Of a DNA stretch of 43,516 nucleotides, positions 39,002-43,516 are shown in pieces. The position numbers and the translations under genes are program-made. Source of the stretch: an uncultured Gemmatimonadales bacterium (GTDB lineage: Bacteria; Gemmatimonadota; Gemmatimonadetes; Palauibacterales; Palauibacteraceae); the NCBI GenBank assembly GCA_963783385.1, contig CAWANJ010000004.1, positions 1 to 43,516 of the forward strand, written 5' to 3'. A model generated the notes under the pieces. It was not told where the DNA came from and searched no databases. It saw only the letters and a program-made list of their open reading frames with translations. Every line of letters starts with the position of its first letter. Positions within the stretch are counted from its first letter, which is position 1.

Positions 39002-39517
39002 ATGCGCTTCACGCGCGTTCGAACCGTCACACTGCTCCTCGCCGGCGTGCTTGCGGTCGTCTTCGGGACCTCACGCCTCCTTGCCCAGGAGCGTCCGTCG
39101 ATCGTGGCCTCCGCCGGCGTGGCGCCCTACGATCTCTCGGGGACGGGCACGGCCGGTATCTATGGATTGTCCGTGGCCCTTCCTCTCCCGTCGGTCTTCC
39201 TGGCCGAGGGTGGCGTCCGGTACCTGCACTACAGCAGCCAGTTCGGTAGGAGCTACGACTACCTGATGCCGGAGGTCAGCCTGCAGGTCGAGCCGGGCCT
39301 TCGGTCGCCCGTGCGTCCCTACCTCGGCGTGGGGGCGGGTCCGGTGATCGAGCTGAATGCGAGTGGGTACACGTCGCTGACCCTGCACGCCGCCGCCGGA
39401 GCCCGTATCCGGGTCGGTGAGAGTTGGCTCCTGAGGCCGGAGGCGCGGCTGCGCAGCGTGGACCCGTGGCACGGAAGCGACGTCGAGCTCACGGTGGGCG
39501 TGGGGCGGTTCTTCTAG
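39002..39517 (+). CDS. small 8-stranded outer-membrane beta-barrel protein
   Basis: Signal peptide, 'VRPYLGVGAG', 'LRPEARL' and a C-terminal Phe. Confidence 0.8.
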   Translation: MRFTRVRTVTLLLAGVLAVVFGTSRLLAQERPSIVASAGVAPYDLSGTGTAGIYGLSVALPLPSVFLAEGGVRYLHYSSQFGRSYDYLMPEVSLQVEPGLRSPVRPYLGVGAGPVIELNASGYTSLTLHAAAGARIRVGESWLLRPEARLRSVDPWHGSDVELTVGVGRFF

Positions 39518-39544
39518 AACTTCGAGAATCGCGCCCCAGGATGG

Positions 39545-39583
39545 CGCGGCCGACGCCCCCCTCGTGACGGGGCGTCGGCCGCG
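39545..39583. terminator. 15-bp perfect hairpin between convergent genes
   Basis: CGCGGCCGACGCCCC-N9-GGGGCGTCGGCCGCG. No U-tract. Confidence 0.65.
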
Positions 39584-39594
39584 GGGCCGCCGCT

Positions 39595-40749
39595 TCAGCT
39601 CCCGGCGCTCACCAGGTGCGGGTACTTCACCACCTGGCCGGCGCCCGGCTGTCCGAGGGCGCTGATCGCCACGTAGGCGTTGCCCTCCCTGTCGAAGGCG
39701 ACGGCGGTCGGCAGCTGGAGGCCGCTGAGGACGGGCTCCGACGTCTCGCCCGGCCCGATGCGGATGATGGCGCCGGAGTTCGGCGTGGGCCCCTGCTCGG
39801 TGAACGTGCCCATGGATACGCCGTAGAGCTTGCCGTCCGGGCCGGTCCTCAGGTCGGAGAGCATCGAGAAGCCCGTCGCGTAGTCGGAATACTCGCCGTT
39901 CGCCGAGAGCTTGACGACCTTGCCCGATCCCGGCACGAACGGCGCGCCCGGCAGGAACGACACGTAGGCTTCGCCGTTCATGAAGGCGATCCCGGTGGGC
40001 ACCGCCTCCGTTTCCATCGCGTTGCCCCGGTTGGCGTTCGGGACGGGGCCCGGCAGCGCGTGGAAGACCGTGACCAGCTGGAGCGTGTCCGACGGAGACG
40101 CGACCCGGAACAGGTCGTTGCCGGCCGCGTCCACGATCCACAGGGCGCCGTCGGGCCCGACCGCGATGCCGAACGGGTGCGCCTCGACGAGCGCGCCCTC
40201 CGGGTTCCGGCTCTCCTCGACGTCCCACGTGGTGAGGATCTCGGTGGCGTGGTCGCCGTCCAGCCGGAGGAGAGCGGCCGCGTTCGGGGCGCGCGGGCCC
40301 GTGCCCTCCGCCATGCTACCGCTGGTGAGGTAGAGCGACCCGTTCCACCTGGCCAGCCGGGCGGCGCCGATCGGGGCGTCGGGCAAGATGACCGACGGGA
40401 GATCGCTCAGCACGTCGCTTTGGGTGCCGGACGGGTCCACGCGCACCAGGCGCGCGGTCAGGCCGAAGGGCAGTTTGGCCTCTTCTCCGGTCACGGGATT
40501 CTGGCCCGCAAGGGAATCTGTACCGCCGGTCCCGCTGTCGGTGATCCAGATCGTGCCGTCGTCATCGACGAGCACGCCCATGGGTGCGTTCAGGCCGCTG
40601 GCGACGACGGTCGGCCCGCCGGTCTCGGCCATGGCGGCCTTCTCCGAGGTGGAGGCGGCCTCCTTCGCGTCGTTGCCCCCGCCGCACGCGAACAGCGCGG
40701 AGACGGAGAGGAGCAGCAGGGGAGCGAGTGCTGTGGGACGTCGGGTCAT
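39595..40749 (-). CDS. ScyD/ScyE family beta-propeller lipoprotein
   Basis: Lipobox 'LFA-C', 'VVASGLNAP', 'HPFGI', 'VDAAGNDL', 'EAVPTGI' and 'PFVPGSG'. Confidence 0.85.
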   Translation of the reverse strand: MTRRPTALAPLLLLSVSALFACGGGNDAKEAASTSEKAAMAETGGPTVVASGLNAPMGVLVDDDGTIWITDSGTGGTDSLAGQNPVTGEEAKLPFGLTARLVRVDPSGTQSDVLSDLPSVILPDAPIGAARLARWNGSLYLTSGSMAEGTGPRAPNAAALLRLDGDHATEILTTWDVEESRNPEGALVEAHPFGIAVGPDGALWIVDAAGNDLFRVASPSDTLQLVTVFHALPGPVPNANRGNAMETEAVPTGIAFMNGEAYVSFLPGAPFVPGSGKVVKLSANGEYSDYATGFSMLSDLRTGPDGKLYGVSMGTFTEQGPTPNSGAIIRIGPGETSEPVLSGLQLPTAVAFDREGNAYVAISALGQPGAGQVVKYPHLVSAGS

Positions 40750-41384
40750 CGCGGTCCTCCTTGGGGTGAAGGTTGCCAGAGAAGCATCCGCACCAGTGCG
40801 TCCACTTCGGCGTCGCTGAGCTGCGTGAACGCCGGCATCATGAAGTGCGTATGCTCGAACCCGGGAGCGCGGTACGCGCCGGGATCGCGGATGCTCTCCC
40901 GGACGTAGGCCTCCGGCGTCGTCGCGTGGCCGGTGTACCCTGGATCGTGGATGCGGCGCGCGGCGTTCACGCGCAGGCTGTCGTGGTCCGGACCGAAGAT
41001 GCCGGCCGTCCCCGCGAGCGTGTCGCGGTGGCAGGTCCCGCAGTAGTTCGTCCGGTACACGCGGATCCCCTCCGCGACCACTGCCGGGACGGCCGGCATC
41101 GTCCAGGGTGCCGGGCCGCCCGAAGGTGCCGGGCCGCTCGAACCGGCGGCCGACGCGGTCGCGTCCTTCGACCTGCCGGTCGACGCGATGCCGGCGTTCG
41201 GCCTTCCGGCCTCAGGAACCGCGGCCACGGCCGCGTCGGTGGACCCCACCGTCCCCGGCGCCTCGGCCCCAGGTCTCGAATCACAGGCCGCTACGACCAG
41301 GAGGAGCCCGGTGACGAGGCTGACCGGCATCGTCGCTCCGCGCCCCATCCTCCGCGGCCGCCGGGACCGGACGCGCTTCGGCAC
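40746..41384 (-). CDS. monoheme cytochrome c lipoprotein
   Basis: Lipobox 'VAA-C', CGTCH, 'GP' and 'YVRESIRDPGA...MMPAF'. Start could be 41330. Confidence 0.88.
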   Translation of the reverse strand: MPKRVRSRRPRRMGRGATMPVSLVTGLLLVVAACDSRPGAEAPGTVGSTDAAVAAVPEAGRPNAGIASTGRSKDATASAAGSSGPAPSGGPAPWTMPAVPAVVAEGIRVYRTNYCGTCHRDTLAGTAGIFGPDHDSLRVNAARRIHDPGYTGHATTPEAYVRESIRDPGAYRAPGFEHTHFMMPAFTQLSDAEVDALVRMLLWQPSPQGGPR

Positions 41385-41387
41385 GGC

Positions 41388-43460
41388 TCAGGAACCCACG
41401 GTGAGGCGGAGGTCGATGGCGCGGCCCATCCCGGGACGGATCATGCGCACGCTCTCGCTGGTGAAGGGATCGTAGAGCAGGTAGCCGTAGCTGCCGTACT
41501 CGGCGTCGAAGATGTTGCGGACGGAGAAGCGGGCGCCGAGCCGGCCGACGCGCCACCCCACCGCGGCGTCGAAGCGGGAGCTCCCGGAGAGGGCCTGCGT
41601 GTTCTCGTCGTCGAGCCACACCCGGCCCATGGCCCGGTGCGTCAGCGTGAGAGACACGGGCTCGGCGACGGTGATGCGGGCCGTCGTGGTGAACGCGCTC
41701 TCGGGGATGTTCTTGAGCTGGTGGCCGCGGTTCGCCGAGGTCCGGAAGACTGCCCGGCCGAGCGTGGCGGCATGCGTGACCTCGATCCTCCGGGAGAGGA
41801 CGACGCGCGCCGACAGCTCCGCGCCCGTGTGCCGGCTCGCCAGGATGTTGCCGTAGCGGTACGTGAGGATGTCGAAGTCGATCTCGTCGTCCAGCCACTG
41901 CCGGTAGGCGGAGAGCGACAGCTCGGCGTAGGGCCCGCCGCCGCCCAGCGGGAGCCGCTGGTAGACGCCGGCCTCGACCGCGGTGGAGCGCTCCGGCCGG
42001 AGCTCGCCGTTGGCGATGCTGATCGTCTGGCCGGGCGCCCCGGTCGGGATGGCGCGCGCGTCGAAGAGCTGGTCCAGCGTGGGCGCCTTGAACGCGCGCG
42101 TCCACGACACGTACACGTTGCCGGCGCTGGCGGGGTCGTCGAGGTAGGCGAAGTTCGCGCCGAGCCGCGGCGACCACTGGTGGAAGGAGCGCGACCCGCC
42201 CGAGGCCGGCGCCTCGTCCGTGGGGAGCACGGCGTCGAACCGGATCCCGGCGACGAGTCGGAGCCGCTCGATCGGCCGGCCGCTCAGCTCGCCGTGCAGG
42301 CCGAGCTTCCACTGGTGCCCGTCGCCGGAGGTGAGGAGCGCGTCCGTGCCGGGCGTCGTGTAGCGGGTCCGGAACGAGGCGCCCTCGGCCTCGGCGCCGA
42401 CGTGGAGCAGGGCGGGGCCGAGCGGCTCGGCGAGCTGCGTGCGCGCCCACAGGCCGATCTCGCGGTCGTCCTGGTCCTGCGTGTCGCCGAAGCTCGGCGT
42501 GAGCAGCAACGTTCGCGTCCGCTGCTGGTCGTACCACCGCAGGCGCACGGCCCCGTCCAGCCGCTGGCCGCCGGACCAGGCATGCCGCCCCCGGACGCTC
42601 GCCTCCGCCATCTTCCGGGTGCGCTGATCGCCCGCGAAGGCCGGATGGCTGCCCGCCGGTCGAAGGCGCCGTTCGTCTCGGGAAGCGGGCCGGGATCCTG
42701 GTCGAACCGGCGGCTGAAGGCGAGCCGTCCCGACAGCCCGTCCTCGCCGGCCGCCGCCGCCGGGCCGAACGCGAGCGATGTCGTGAGCTGGTTCGAGCGG
42801 GAATGCGCGCGGAAGCCGTCGTCGCGATCGAAGTCGACCGTCGCGTCCAGCTCGCCCGAGCCGAGCCCCGAGCCGGCCGAGGCGTGCACGCCCGCGCCGC
42901 TCCACGACGAGACGGTCACGGCCGTCCGGCCGGCGAGCCCGGCGTGCGGCGCCGCCGCCGGGTCACGACGTCGATGACCGCGCCGAGCGCGGCGTCGCCG
43001 TAGGAGACGGAGGCGGAGCCGCGCAGGACCTCGATGCGCTCGATGTCCTCGAGCGGATCCGGCTCCGCTCGACGAGCCCGGTTCGGCCATTGTTCGCCCG
43101 CACCCCGTCGATGTGACAGCACGTAGGAGGCTGCCTCCCGCCGAAGAAGCCCGCGCGATCGCGATGGCAGCCGCCCGGAGCCGTCCTGCTCGAGGAAGAT
43201 GAGTCCGGGCACGGTCCCCAGCGCCTCGGCGAGGATGTGCGCCGGCAGCGCGTCCAGGTCGGCGCGCGTGAGCAGGCTCCGTGGCCGCGACAGTGCTGCG
43301 GAGCGTGGTCGCGTAGGTCGGCCACGACCACCAGCGCGTGCCCAGCCCGGTAAGGCTGCGGGAGGCGGCGTGTTCGGCGTCGCCTGCACGAAGGACGGGC
43401 GCCGGGCGGGGCAGCAGGGCGCCGCTCGAAGGCACAGGGTGGTGCAGATCGGGACCTCAC
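41388..43460 (-). CDS. TonB-dependent receptor (many indels toward the 5' end)
   Basis: Plug 'IERIEVLRGSASVSYGDAALGAVIDVVT' and barrel 'SPRLG', 'RAFKAPTL', 'LRPERS', 'VRNIFDAEY', 'PGMGR'. Probable GTG start at 43460. Confidence 0.88.
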
Positions 43461-43516
43461 GGGCGTTGCCTACGGCTCTCCGGGGAGGTGGAACGACGAT
43501 CGCACGCGTGGGCGTG

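Noticed and set aside
8620-43460. Many frameshifts read as pseudogenes or programmed frameshifting
   Set aside because: Single-base indels are scattered over unrelated genes, often at homopolymers and denser at the window end, with otherwise intact motifs. This is typical of long-read consensus error.
17921-43516. Genomic island integrated at tRNA-Leu
   Set aside because: No integrase and no duplicated tRNA 3' end were found, and there is no clear compositional shift.

Overview
A gene-dense, very GC-rich (~72% by eye) bacterial chromosome segment, most likely Gemmatimonadota (inferred from the gene content: three Vps10/Asp-box secreted proteins, outer-membrane barrels and a short 'R.F.D..G..W' protein). 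Many genes carry single-base indels, which look like long-read consensus errors rather than pseudogenes. Left to right: two tandem Vps10-type beta-propeller proteins; OsmC; SURF1; a lipoprotein with a LytS/LytTR two-component system; flavin reductase; GGDEF plus degenerate EAL protein; an uncharacterised oxidoreductase-SDR-class III aminotransferase-SDR operon ending in tRNA-Leu(TAA); a 7TM protein; UBP zinc finger and DUF5996; an ergothioneine locus (egtD divergent from dinB-egtB-ABC importer); a third Vps10 protein; and a ~14 kb redox/envelope region. That region holds two SigR/SigH-like ECF sigma factors with two ZAS anti-sigma factors, a Cys-rich NemR-like TetR with two palindromic operators, six to seven GG(A/G)AC-N18-GTT promoters, a beta-barrel-cupredoxin fusion, a cupredoxin lipoprotein, two monoheme cytochromes c, a ScyD/ScyE protein and a TonB receptor. 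Best candidates for new biology: the TetR-to-ECF cascade controlling a porin-blue-copper module, the ergothioneine synthesis/import/DinB operon, and a 69-bp synonymously AT-shifted patch inside one Vps10 gene. No CRISPR, rRNA or mobile element was seen.
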